Shown piece by piece: positions 13,963-25,908 of a DNA stretch of 64,000 nt; position 1 is the stretch's first letter; each line of letters starts with the position of its first letter. This DNA comes from Schizosaccharomyces osmophilus. Lineage: Eukaryota. The translations under genes and the position numbers were made by a program. The DNA is taken from NCBI RefSeq assembly GCF_027921745.1, contig NC_079238.1, positions 372,001 through 436,000 of the forward strand. Direction: 5' to 3'. Below the pieces are notes generated by a model. The model did no database searches, had not been told where the DNA came from, and worked only from the letters and a program-made list of their open reading frames with translations.

Positions 13963-15496
13963 TTTGGTGTGTTTTTTTTTGGTTTGTACCAACACTTTCC
14001 TTTGTTGGTTCTTGTTGACAGTGTCTTTGACTTGACATATATGGGGAAAGAAGAATAGTGAGATAGAGCACAACTTGGGAAATTGAAAATACAGGAGCCT
14101 AATGAAGCGTTAGTTTGTTTAGTACTATAATTTAAAGTGTCTTATTAGATATTAATGTGACAGGAAGAGTTACGTTAGTAAACAGAAAGGTTTCAAATGC
14201 AGAATGAAAAGGAACCACATCTCATAAAATGAACAGATTTAATGTATTAATAATTATAGCCTAATCGAAAGAAGGAGAAACAATGGTTTCAGCTGCTTTC
14301 AAAGCCCTTAGTTCTTCTAAGTTTCGAAGCAACAGGGAAACAACATAGATTATTCAATTATCATGAAACTCTCGCATTCAAAGATACATCAATCAATTTA
14401 AATACAAGTCAACGAGACTTATGAAAGTTACTTCCTTCACGTTCTTCATCGGACGCACGTACAGATTCCAATTTTTCTCATGTTCGTCGTTATCAAAAGG
14501 AATTTCCATGTTCAAGACTTGTCATGACAGCTTGTTTTTCCAGAATGGAATGATAAGTCCCTTGGAAGTTCTTAAAAGTTTGGTGCCAAATATGATTGAG
14601 TCCGAATACTAGCTTTAAATGCAACCAAAAGATATATATATCTTCAATGGCCTACTCTAAACCTCTCATCATCATAGCATGAATAACAGCAGAGAAAGCA
14701 AGTCATTTCCAGTCTTGAATTCTAAATCAGAACTCAAACGTGAATGACTTTCCTCAATTTGAACGCTCTCATTTCCGTATGTGGTCTAGCTTTCTGTGTA
14801 ATATTCCTCACTGAAAACCAGAAACTGAGCAGGCGAACTTTGGTATAAATAATGGTTCCGCATCAGCTTTTCTTTTACAGATTCAAAAGAAAAGGGGTAC
14901 ACCAAGGTCAACAAACTAGAGTTTATTATTTCCAAGTGTCGAGGTCAAACTCCATCAAAGAAACTCTTTCAGAAAATGGTAGTTTTTCGTGCTTATAATA
15001 TCATAGTTAAACGAACTCGAAAAACATAACCTTGCAGGATTCTCGTAGTTTAAGCGTAACTGATACTTATCCAAGTTGCAACATTCTCTAGTTAGAATGA
15101 AAGTATGAGTAAGGAATGTTACAGTTTAAGCATATATTTTTGATTAAAGATGATTAGAGAACAAAAGACTTATAATCTCTTATACGAAACGTGTAAATTA
15201 GGATAGGACTTTTGGGAGCTGATGGTTTCGTCTAGTGTAGACCTACTATGTTAGCCTTCTCTCATTCAACTGAAAACATTCACATACTTTCTTTTTTCAA
15301 TCTATTTTCATGAAAGTTCTTTATCCTTTGATAGATTGGTCATTTTGAGCTTACAATTCTTTTGTTTGAAAGAGTCTTTGATAAAAATCACAAGCGCGAG
15401 AAATACTCTCTTTATTAATTCTCTTTCTTTACTATATCTATTTGAAACGGTTGATTGAAAAAACCAAGACACACAGTACATCCTTCTATAAGCAAC

Positions 15497-16801
15497 ATGG
15501 AGCTGGACTTACATCCCAAGCATGAATTTATGAACAGTACGAAGAATGGGGCAGATTTCGATGATAGTGTACATTCCAAGAGAAAAAAGGAGTCTCATGC
15601 AAATGATGGGTTTACCGAGTACTGTACATTGACAGGTCATACGAAGAGTGTTACAAGCATAGCGGTGTCTCCGGATAAACGGTGGATCGCAACCGCATCT
15701 GCTGATGCAACTATAAAACTTTGGAGTACTTTAACTTTTCGTTTAGAATGTACGTTGTTTGGTCATAGCAGAGGCATCTCAGAAATACGATGGGCAAGTG
15801 GAGGCAGGTACCTTGCTAGCGCTTCGGATGATAAAACAGTGCGTATTTGGGACACAGAAAATCGATCTAGTGCTCGCTGCTTACAGGGTCATACTAGCTT
15901 TGTCTCTTCTGTCGACTTTAATCCAATGGGTACATTATTAGTTTCGGGCTCGTGGGATGAAACAGTACGCATTTGGAGTGCACAGGATGGAAGATGCATC
16001 CGCATGTTACCAGCGCATTCTGAGCCTATTATATCTGTCTCAATTTCTCCGGATGGAACCCTTTGTGCGTCAGCAAGCTATGATGGCATGGCTCGAATTT
16101 GGGATGTCATGAGCGGCCAGTGTCTCAAAACACTTGTGGAACCAATCAATGTTCCTTTATCAAGTATAAAATTTAGTCCTAATGGACAGTACTTGGTTGT
16201 CAGTAATTTAAACTCACAGATGCGCCTTTGGGATTATCGCAACAATCGTGTAGTTCATTTATATGATCACCATAAAAATAATCATTTTTCTATGTCGTGG
16301 GATTTCTATTTATCCAAATATTTTCCCTGGAAATCAAGTCATGATGAAGAGCATCATACGAAGACTGAGATGTCAGCCTTCGAAGACGTTTATCTTCTTA
16401 TTCCAAGTGAAGACGGTCGCGTTTACGTTACGGATCCCACCACGAAGGTTGTAGCGGATAATTCGATTCAGCATTCAGATGCGCCAAATGTCTCTATGTT
16501 GCACGTCGCTTCGTTAGGACCGTTCATTGTGTCTGCCGGGACAGATCCCTATGTCAGGGTCTGGGCTCCTGAAAGACTTTTCACAGAAGCAAAAACTGAA
16601 GAAGAACAAAATGAAAAAATACCACAAGAAACTTTGCCTATACGACAGCACAGTCCTACACTTTTACCGATGGAAGAGAATCCGGACCAGCAAGTTTTAA
16701 CGCAAAACTCCCAAGATTCCTTTTCAAACCAAGAACAAGGATCAGATGGAACTTCTAGTACTGAAAGCATGCCAGATCCAAGGACCTTGAATGTGTCCTA
16801 A
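15497..16801 (+). CDS. swd3: Set1C/COMPASS WD-repeat subunit Swd3 (WDR5-like)
   Basis: WDR5-like WD40 repeats (GHTKSV, LASASDDKTVRIWD, LPAHSEPI, RIWDVMSGQCLKTL). First ATG at 15497. Position after sec61 matches the recalled S. pombe order. Confidence 0.82.
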   Translation: MELDLHPKHEFMNSTKNGADFDDSVHSKRKKESHANDGFTEYCTLTGHTKSVTSIAVSPDKRWIATASADATIKLWSTLTFRLECTLFGHSRGISEIRWASGGRYLASASDDKTVRIWDTENRSSARCLQGHTSFVSSVDFNPMGTLLVSGSWDETVRIWSAQDGRCIRMLPAHSEPIISVSISPDGTLCASASYDGMARIWDVMSGQCLKTLVEPINVPLSSIKFSPNGQYLVVSNLNSQMRLWDYRNNRVVHLYDHHKNNHFSMSWDFYLSKYFPWKSSHDEEHHTKTEMSAFEDVYLLIPSEDGRVYVTDPTTKVVADNSIQHSDAPNVSMLHVASLGPFIVSAGTDPYVRVWAPERLFTEAKTEEEQNEKIPQETLPIRQHSPTLLPMEENPDQQVLTQNSQDSFSNQEQGSDGTSSTESMPDPRTLNVS

Positions 16802-17154
16802 GAACTGGAAATCAATGTTGATTAAAAGGGTGTTTATTCTGTTACACATCGTGGCATTTCCATTGTAAATAGCGGCATACTTTCACCATTTAGCTGGGAG
16901 TGAAATAATAAGACTCTAATTTATACGCAAATTTGCTTACACGTGAAAACAGGAGGTTACCAGCTAAGTTACTTTAATTCTCAAAACAAAGTACTTTGAA
17001 ATTTATTTTTGTTTTATTTAATTCGTACTTTTCGATTTTTCATCCAGAGTGACTAGCAACAATGTATCTTTCTCTTACTTCATATAAACTGGAAATTTGA
17101 AGGTTAATTTTATCGGTTGGAAACCACATTGAAAAGACCACTACACACTTTGAA

Positions 17155-17631
17155 ATGTCAGTTAATTCTTCGCAAACAGATTCTAATACTGTGCAAGTCG
17201 ACGAGCAAGCGAAGACTTGGATTCAAGGAAAAGTTGAAGAAGAATTGAAACGCCTTGAAAGTATCGGCGCAAAAGCGGTCCCTTTAACTGTCAAGAACTA
17301 TAGTGTTATTTTGGATGAGAATACGGATACTGTGATGAACAGAATTGAGCTGAAGACCAGTTTTGACTTTAACCATGTGCAACAGATCCTGTTGTCACCA
17401 GCTCAACCATATCCTCATGATTCAAATCTTAAATTTTTGTACTTGGTAATTTTGACAAATTTACCTCATCCTATGTTGATCCCTTACCTGTTTACACCAA
17501 AAGTCGTCGGCAAGAACTTGTTACCAAGAGCTGATGGACTCGTCGAAAATACTTTGAAGCGTTGGATTTTTATTAACGAGAAGTTGCAAAGAGCCGATCA
17601 TGTTGTTCGTGAATATCAGGACGTTGAGTGA
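17155..17631 (+). CDS. Schizosaccharomyces-specific protein, probable SPBC354.04 orthologue; 3' end may be spliced
   Basis: 158-aa ATG ORF with normal composition lying between swd3 and sre2. No domain recognised. Confidence 0.65.
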   Translation: MSVNSSQTDSNTVQVDEQAKTWIQGKVEEELKRLESIGAKAVPLTVKNYSVILDENTDTVMNRIELKTSFDFNHVQQILLSPAQPYPHDSNLKFLYLVILTNLPHPMLIPYLFTPKVVGKNLLPRADGLVENTLKRWIFINEKLQRADHVVREYQDVE

Positions 17632-18387
17632 GTTTGTGATGGTGCACCACATATACACTCAGGATGATTTTTTCTCCTTGGCGAAACATACTGACTATGT
17701 ACAATTATTTACTTAGCTTAGAGCTTTTATTTTATTTTTTGGTCGGGCTTACATTGAAATATATTTGGTTTCATGAATCTATAGTAGCTTATAACACATA
17801 CCATACCATGTAAGAGACACAACTTTGGTTCATTTGAAAGTGAACTATCTGACTTTGTCCGACATTATTAGGCAATTAACGCTTATTGCTATAATTCTAT
17901 TTATTCACAAGAAATGCTGTAACTAAGCAACTGTCAAAGATATGCCGTTTGAGTATACAAAACTTTCCATCAGGGATTATGAACTTATAACTTCTTCTGA
18001 AATGCTCTGTATAGACAATTTAAAACTTTCAAAACAGGTTTAACAATGCATAATAGCAACTTAAGCTCTTGAACCACCGCAATAAACATGCACAATATAT
18101 ACACTGAGATATATTTTAAATGCGACCGGCTGCAAGCAATTGCTTGCAAACAAATACTAAAGCAACATCCAGGAATCCGTACAAACAATGCGTAAAATAA
18201 ATAAAGAACACATAGAGATAGATAAATACTAAATACAAAACGTATACAACACCTTAACACTCAAACGCCTCAATCGACGATGCTAGACGAAATCTGTAGT
18301 AATCATAAAATATATGCATATTTTCAAAAGCCTTGCAACGAGTAAAACAGAACATATCCAGAATGGAAACTTTGTACAGCCAACTTC

Positions 18388-20655
18388 TCAAACGCTAAAG
18401 TCCCCAACATGCGATTTTTGAAGAACTCCAGACCCCATATCCAAGCTTTCAAACATATCTTTTCGCATTCTGTAATATCTGCACCAGTCGCGAACGGAGG
18501 CAGAGAAAAACAGGAAGCTCAAAAATAGAATTTCCATTCTTAGATGCCTGTACACAATAGACAATCGTTTGCCAGAACTCACTTTGGAATTATATACGTA
18601 GTGCAAAACGAAGCATATGCATGCCGAAGCTATTAAGAAAATCCTAAATGTCATAAAAATTGAAGGGAGAATGGGTACCGTAAATAAAGAGAAAGAATTT
18701 GGGTTACCGCTATGTTCGGGATTTACCATCAAATGCATTGTTTCTAAGCCAGCTAAGCCGCCTAACATGTTTCTACCAACCGAGCGAAAAGTACCATTAC
18801 TATGAGACTCATTTAGATTTTGTGACTGCACCCGCCTCAAATCATGAGATGGAATGCCGGTTTCGGGCACAGTATTCATACCGTCCCTATGAAGAACATA
18901 TGCATTGTTGTCAACCAATCCATAAGTATCACGCTGTGCAGTGTTGCCAGCCAGCGAAACGTTGAGAGTGTTGGATGGTGCTGGCGCATACGCATATTGA
19001 GGTAATGATTGATTATTGGTAGCTGAAATCGGTTGTCCGTTGGAGTTAACAGAATTCATTGTACTCTGTTGAGAGTACTTGTTTGAATTATGCAAAGGAA
19101 GTGACTGAGAAGGAGCAGAAAGCGACTGTTGGACAGCCATCATATATTCAGACAGACGACTTTGAAGGTGTTGATTTTCCTCCACCAACCTTTTATTCTC
19201 AGAACGCAGATGTCGAATATATTCGGTAGCTTTCGAAAGAACAGTAGCTTTGTTAAGTTTTCTGATAGACATATTAAAGCTAACATTTTTACCATCGTCA
19301 GACTTTGATCCAATCTTAGAACACATGCTCTGTAGCGACGGAATTGCATTTCGTAGTTCTGTAATTTTATCATTAAGGTTAGACCTGTATTTTTTCTCTA
19401 CCACATTGTGAGAATTCTTTTTATTTGATTGACCGAACACTCTATAACGGGATTGTGTAGGTGACACACCTTCGTTTCTAATTTGTTCTACGCTGAACTT
19501 CAACGGAGAAGAGCGTGCGTTTCCAAGATCTTGGCTTTTTTCTTGGATAGGTGCATCTGAATTCGAAGAAGATTCATTTCTATTTAAGTTTGAAGTGTCA
19601 AAATCATTTATGTAATCTTCTTCTTTCACTTTTCCTAAAGTGGGAGACGGAAGAAATTTGTCACCATCTTTGTATATGTTGTTTGAGTCAAAGGCATCCG
19701 ACAAAGAAGACGCCTTGTATTCATCGCCATTACACACGTGCGAAGGGGACACATGCAGGACAGATGGCTGTTCACTCTGTGAAGTAGAAGTACTTTGACG
19801 AGACGACATATATAAGTTCCCTTTGGGTACATCGTCGACAAACCGATGATCAGGACTGAATACGGATGGTGAAGAGTAAATGTCTACGTAATCCTGTTGC
19901 CCAGCTGTTTCTGGGGTATTGATCATTCGTGAAGTCGAAGAAAAATCTCCCAGACCCATGTTCATGGAAGTTTGAGAAGAAAAAGCGGCATCTGATTCTT
20001 CAAAGTTAAAGTTTCCAGATGCTGAATTTTGCGTAGCATTGTTATGTTGAGTATAATACGGTCCAGGGTGGGAGTTATGATAGCTGTGGGATAGTTGAGG
20101 TGAGTTTGTGAAAGTATCTGTACTCGGCGTCACAGAATACTGTTCTGGTAGTCCCGCGGAAGGGGGACCATAATTTATGGAACGACTCTTAAAAGGAGTA
20201 AACGGAGGTGCATAGGTAGCACTACTTTGAGAGTCAGAGATAGGAGGATTAGGGGGAGCAGATACCAGCGGTACGGTATTGTTGATCGGTTCTATAACTT
20301 GTCTTTTTTCTGCAGGACGTTGGGTTTGGTCCATAGACGGAGGAGCATAGATGCGACCAGGAGGAGGAGAACCGATAGAAACTGTGGAAGAGTTCACTAC
20401 TGCCTTTGGAGAAAGATAGCCATTTGAATCGAGTAATTGTGAAGGACTTGACCACTCTGCGGGGTGTAATGAACGATTTGCCGCTACGTGTTGTATAGGA
20501 TGTTGCGAAGAGGTTGTACTGAAATTCATCAGATGTGGTGGAAGAGACTCTGCATGATATGGAAAGACGCCTGGAGTAGACGAACTTTGTTTTAGAGGTT
20601 GAGAAGTTGAATGTGTTCTGGCATGGGAATACGGAAATGAGTCGTTGGGTGTCAT
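18388..20655 (-). CDS. sre2: Membrane-tethered SREBP-family bHLH-ZIP transcription factor Sre2
   Basis: bHLH basic region HNVVEKKYRSNLNDKITELR with the SREBP-diagnostic Tyr, KLNKATVLSKATEYIRHL, a leucine zipper and C-terminal hydrophobic segments. No long regulatory C-terminal domain. Confidence 0.88.
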   Translation of the reverse strand: MTPNDSFPYSHARTHSTSQPLKQSSSTPGVFPYHAESLPPHLMNFSTTSSQHPIQHVAANRSLHPAEWSSPSQLLDSNGYLSPKAVVNSSTVSIGSPPPGRIYAPPSMDQTQRPAEKRQVIEPINNTVPLVSAPPNPPISDSQSSATYAPPFTPFKSRSINYGPPSAGLPEQYSVTPSTDTFTNSPQLSHSYHNSHPGPYYTQHNNATQNSASGNFNFEESDAAFSSQTSMNMGLGDFSSTSRMINTPETAGQQDYVDIYSSPSVFSPDHRFVDDVPKGNLYMSSRQSTSTSQSEQPSVLHVSPSHVCNGDEYKASSLSDAFDSNNIYKDGDKFLPSPTLGKVKEEDYINDFDTSNLNRNESSSNSDAPIQEKSQDLGNARSSPLKFSVEQIRNEGVSPTQSRYRVFGQSNKKNSHNVVEKKYRSNLNDKITELRNAIPSLQSMCSKIGSKSDDGKNVSFNMSIRKLNKATVLSKATEYIRHLRSENKRLVEENQHLQSRLSEYMMAVQQSLSAPSQSLPLHNSNKYSQQSTMNSVNSNGQPISATNNQSLPQYAYAPAPSNTLNVSLAGNTAQRDTYGLVDNNAYVLHRDGMNTVPETGIPSHDLRRVQSQNLNESHSNGTFRSVGRNMLGGLAGLETMHLMVNPEHSGNPNSFSLFTVPILPSIFMTFRIFLIASACICFVLHYVYNSKVSSGKRLSIVYRHLRMEILFLSFLFFSASVRDWCRYYRMRKDMFESLDMGSGVLQKSHVGDFSV

Positions 20656-21857
20656 CAGAGAAACTGAAAAATAACAGCACGTTATAGACAGAAGAGTATA
20701 AGTAATTAAGCAGGAGAGAGAAAATGCAAAAGAAAGAGTGACTGAAGAAAGACAAAGAAATCAGCAATTGAAATGAAAGAGTGAGAATGGTGGAAATAAT
20801 GCAAGGATGAGACGAAACCAATGCTTTCAAATAATTAAAAACCAAAATAAAAAAACGAGTCTAAGAATAACGTAAACAAAAGACAAGTACGTAAACAGTT
20901 GTAAAGAAACAATAGCAATTCGGATATAGCGTATCAAAATAAGGAAGATCGAAGCGAGAATTGAAATCTCGTAAAAAAAATGGGGTCTTCAAGCAAATAT
21001 GAAGATGATATACAGAATTACTAAAAAGGAGACTGTACTAGCCAGTCCTTGATCAGTTTTTGAATAACGCGTAAAACATGCAAAAAGAATGAAAAGAGCT
21101 CGTTCTTTGGAATGGGGGTTTTTTCACTGGCTTCCACGAAGAATATTAAATAATTCCACACACCTATAATAATTTTGGCAACCAGATTGCCCGTTTAATG
21201 TCCCACGATTACTGGTATCGCGAAATGCTTGCAATCCTGAAATCGAGTCGTTTTCCGTCCAAAAGAGTGCAAAACAAGAAACAGACGCGTAGGAAGCAAC
21301 GCGATCGCGATAAAATAAGTACAATACGAATATATGGAAATCAAAGAATTCACTGTTTCACAAGTTTCCGGAACGTGTCGTAGAAAACAACGGATGTATT
21401 AATATTCCTGCGCTTTTATTTAAATACTTCTTTAAAGAGAACTGTCTACGAGGATTTATGCTCAAATCAAGACAAGTATGTAAAAAGTTAGGAAATGTAT
21501 CTTCCAAAACGCTTGGTTTGGACTGTACGTATTGTTACTTTGCCGAAGAGGGAACAAGTGGGTAAAAAGCCTCGTTAATAAATAAAAGCCGAGAGTAATT
21601 TGTACGCGGTTGATTTCTGCTTTCGGTCTCGTTTCTCGCTTTTATAACTTGATAAATTGTTAAAACATGTTATAAATGAGTTTTCTTTTCAGATTCCTTT
21701 CTTTTTATGATATTTTTTTTTTGGCGTCCTACCCTTAGCTTTTACAATGATATTGCCAGGGGTCCGTATCGTATTAAGATCTGTTCTCTACCAGTATACT
21801 ACCACCAAATCAGTTCCGTAAAAGATTCTTGGTTTCTTGACTTTATAAGTTATTAAG

Positions 21858-22346
21858 ATGGTTGTACGTATACGCTTAGCTCGCCATGGCGTGCGCAATC
21901 GTCCTTTTTATCACATTGTCGTCTGTAATGCTTGGTATGTTGAATCAAATCTACTTGCTGATGTGTCTTTGGACCGTACATGGTTTTTCGAGCACTCATT
22001 ATTTGCCTCTTTCTATTTTTTAAATTGGACTTTTAGAAGCGACGTCTTTTACTAACACGAAACACAGGAAGGCGCCCAGGGCGAAACCCCTTGAGACCAT
22101 TGGGACCTTTGATCCTATTCCAAAGAAGGAAGATCCGAAAGACATAATTCCTAGAATAAAGGATATAGAACTCAACGTTCATCGATTCAAATATTGGGTC
22201 AGTGTTGGCGCTCAACCCTCAGACACTGTCCGCTCTTTAGCAGAAAAGGTATGTATTGACTATTGACCGCCATAATTCGTTGTTTTTTATGCAAACACTA
22301 ACAAACGTGGTAGTTTCAATTACTTCCCAAAAAGCCTACTCCTTAA
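21858..22346 (+). CDS. mrps16: Mitochondrial ribosomal protein bS16m; exons 21858-21934, 22068-22248, 22314-22346
   Basis: MVVRIRLARHGVRNRPFYHIVV...KPLETIGTFDPIP...FKYWVSVGAQPSDTV is the S16 signature. Introns GTATGT...CTAAC...CAG/TAG. Confidence 0.92.
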
Positions 22347-23078
22347 TTCCCTACCCCTAAAGAATTTGGTTCTTTTGCAACCATGGAAAAACTGCTATCC
22401 TTGCATTTACTCGCCTTACTTGATATTGTATTTCTATTCTAGTATCTAATTTACACTTTTCCTCTTCTTTCTTGCAAATTTGACATTTACATTTACTCCG
22501 CTTTTGCTCTACCATCATTTAAAACGTTTTTACTCTCAAAAATGCAATTTTTGAAAGTGACTCATATACTACGGAGAAAAACTTTTCCTTTCTTAAATTC
22601 TAAGAAAATAAAATCAAAAATACATGACTGTAAGGTTTTTATTGCTAATTTCACAACATACGGAACATGATAAATAAACCTGAAAGTCGAGTAACTGTTT
22701 AGTATGGAAGAGAATGAATGAATAATCTCGTAAAAGTAATGTAGGCTGAACAAAGGCGTTTAGAAGAAAACCATGATAAGCACGATGGCGTTAAAACAGA
22801 AGGAGTTGCTTATTATTTTTTTTTTTTTTTTTTTTTTCACTTTGCCTCAGACTTTCCCGAGCCTCAAGTATGCATTCGTGCAAATGCTAATGAAGATAGG
22901 CATAACTTCGCTTCATTGGTAATGTGATTAAGAAAAATTACTTTCAAAAGTCGTTTTCAAAACAAGTCGTTCCTACATCTAACATCACCAAATAGTAACG
23001 AGAACAAAACTATATAAAAATTAAAACCAAAACATGTATATTGTAGAGAGTGAAAAAGTTAAGGCAACCAACATAGGA

Positions 23079-24757
23079 TTACGTTCTTCTTACTGGGTGG
23101 TCACCAGGTTTGCATTCAGGTTGTGTATCGCCGACATATACCCAATATCCAGGTTCAATAATTTCTTGCACAGACTGAGCTAGCAAATTACGAGCCGAGC
23201 TTTCATCAGGTTGCCATTCAAAGTATCTGCGTTTCCATTGCACTCCCTCTTCTTGTTCCCGTTTACGCATGTCACGTTGAGATTGCTCAACGGCAGATTT
23301 TTCAACACTGACGACATCATAAGCGTTACGGGCAAGAGCAGAGGATACGCTGCCCCAAACATGGCGTGTTTCCCATTCTCCAACTTCACTATAAGGTCGA
23401 GGAAGAATTGGGGTAGCATTCATAGCACCATAATCTAAGAAAGGAACGGTAGTCTTAGATTTTGTGTCGCTAACCTTGGAAGTGCCTGTCCAGACGCCCT
23501 CCACAACGTAATCAGGGTTTGCATTCTTCTCATAAACGGATGCTTTAAAAGAATTCTTTGTTCCGCTAAAATAACCACGACCAGAATAATCAATCTTTGT
23601 GATGTAATTGGAAGTGCTGACGATATAGGTGTTGCCGTACAATTCAATGTAAGGAGTCATGTACCAAAGGCCTTCTAAAGAGATGTGGGGGAGGGTTAAG
23701 TAATAAGTCTCGTTAAATTTGTCTAGATGAATGCGAATTTGACCAATTTGGTTCACGTACACAGTACGGCCGGAAAATCCACTTTTATACATATTGTGGG
23801 TCTCAACAGAAATGCCTGCCTCTTTACAGATCACGTGGGCGGCAGAAACGGGACCATGATGCGAAACTTGTTCGGCAACCAATTCAACCTTGCCTTTGCT
23901 TGAGTCCCAGGAACCATAATATAATTCACCCAAAATGGGATTGAGAGGCTTCTTTTCGGTACCATACTAAACTACGTGTCAGTTTTCTTTATCCAAACTT
24001 TATTTCTTAATCAACATACACTCCTGTTTCGGGATGCGTATTCGCGGCTAAGTCCTGCCATATACCATTTCAAAACGGCTAACATGCGGTCTTTGGGGTG
24101 TTCATGATCGACAATAGACACGAATAATTCTGGAAATTCAAACCAATAAGACATATATTCAAGCAAAGAAGTTCCCGACAGAATAAAAGAAGGAGCAGAA
24201 AGAGTAGACAAATCTCCAGTGCTAAATGGGTTAGAAGAGATACGATCTCGAAAAAGAAAACTAAGAGAACAGCCATTCAATGCGTCAGGAAAACAAATGA
24301 ACAGAATAAAAGAGGGTCTAAAAAGTCGACTACCAAAAAGGAACCAACGGGTGGATCATACTTGCGAAAATGCAAGTCCGAAATATCTGCCAATAATTCT
24401 CCCAAAAATCATCTCTTCTATTCATTCGAAATCCCATGACAAACCAATGTACACAAACAATAAGTGGATATACTTACAAAGTAGCCAAGTTTTTGATGAA
24501 TCCCTTTTCAACCACCAGTTAGTAAACGAATGTCTTTCAAATCACAATCTTTTGCAAACCGACGAGCACAAGCTCACCAAGACAAAAGACAGTACAACTT
24601 CATACCATCCAAGAGCTCCTAGAAGGTTATGTATTAGTATTCATAAACAAGCCTCAACTCTAGCAAAACATCATAAATGATCTTCTATTACATACTTGGA
24701 AATAGTTTCAAATCCAGGAGCCACGGGCTCCGCTCCTTGTCCAGAGGATTCTGACAT
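23079..24757 (-). CDS. Oxysterol-binding protein (Kes1/Osh4-like short OSBP); exons 24757-24696, 24618-24606, 24503-24478, 24221-24020, 23966-23079
   Basis: SSWMGFIKNLATFTGDLSTLSAPSFILS, EKKPLNPILGE and the OSBP fingerprint EQVSHHGP. Four introns with branch sites give one continuous frame. Confidence 0.88.
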
Positions 24758-25908
24758 TGTGAGAATAGACTGGTTTGGGCAATCTGTGTTAGGTAAACGG
24801 TGAGAGAGGGCAGCCGCTTTCTTTTAGTTGTTCACTGGATAAGACAATAGCGCATCGTAAGAAAATAAGTAACGTCATGATAGACACAAATAAGCAGTCT
24901 GACTAGCGAAGACGTTCTCAGCCTTCGTTAATAAACAATAAGAAATCGCAGAGTAAATGCTCATATAATGATACTAATGATCCTAAGACGATGATGGGTT
25001 TTTTTCTTCTTTTTCGAGGTATTAAGCTAGTTAAATGTTCCTTATTTTTATTAAAAATGGCCAATCTTGATGCCTAAAAGTCATAGCTGATGATTAAGTT
25101 TGAGCTAATTACGTTTCCTTGATTCACTGGGTATATGTACAAAAAAGCACCATTGCAAACCGCTGGCTTCTTTTTCAATACTTTCAATGACCCCTGTTTA
25201 GTTGTATCTTTTTTATTATATCTAATCGCTCATGTTAACACCTCTTTCTTATAACTCTAGGGAAAAGTAAGGCTTGGACATCTTATGTATATTGGTCCTT
25301 TCTAACAAAAGCTACCTTCAAGAAAACATTTTACGACGAGATGGAACTTTTGTAAGGATACAAAAATATAAATATTAAGTATTTTCTAATATCAATTTTT
25401 CTCATTCGTCATTTCATGAAAGAAATGTACAAACATACTAAAGGCAACCAGCAGCCACGAACAAAAGTCCTCATAGGGCTGTAAGTCTATCTAAATACTA
25501 AAATAAAATAAAAAATTTGGTAAGCAAGAATGTAGCCCTAGAACAGCACTCCCGCTCCGTCTAAATAAAGAAAGCAACATCGACCATAATATTCATGCAC
25601 AAGATAATAATAGAAAGCTTCTAAGAAAAACATAAGTATCACAAACAGCAAACAAAGAAGGGAGAGGGAATCATAGATAAAAAACAAAAATAGAAAAGAA
25701 CCGAAACACATCAGAATAGGATATATAAAAGAGTGAACAAAAAACATAATGAGAGCGGGTGGAAAATAAAATAAAAATCTAAACCAATAAAACATAAAAT
25801 GAGGGTATTATTCAAAGATAAATAAAGAAGAAACTGGCAAAGCCAATCACCCACTCGAAAAGAAGAGAATCAATGCGAAGAAACTAACCGCTAAACAGTA
25901 AACTCTGA

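Noticed and set aside
14000..15450. Long sec61-swd3 intergenic region and ORF 14421-14612
   Set aside because: No recognisable protein or RNA motif. Treated as divergent promoter and UTR sequence.
22815..22838. Poly(T)/poly(A) tracts here and near 2269-2285 and 47034-47049
   Set aside because: Ordinary homopolymer tracts of fission-yeast intergenic and terminator DNA.
24219..25795. ORFs 24219-24680 (+) and 25538-25795 (-)
   Set aside because: The first is antisense to OSBP introns and exons. The second is T-rich rsn1 3'UTR giving a spurious hydrophobic peptide.
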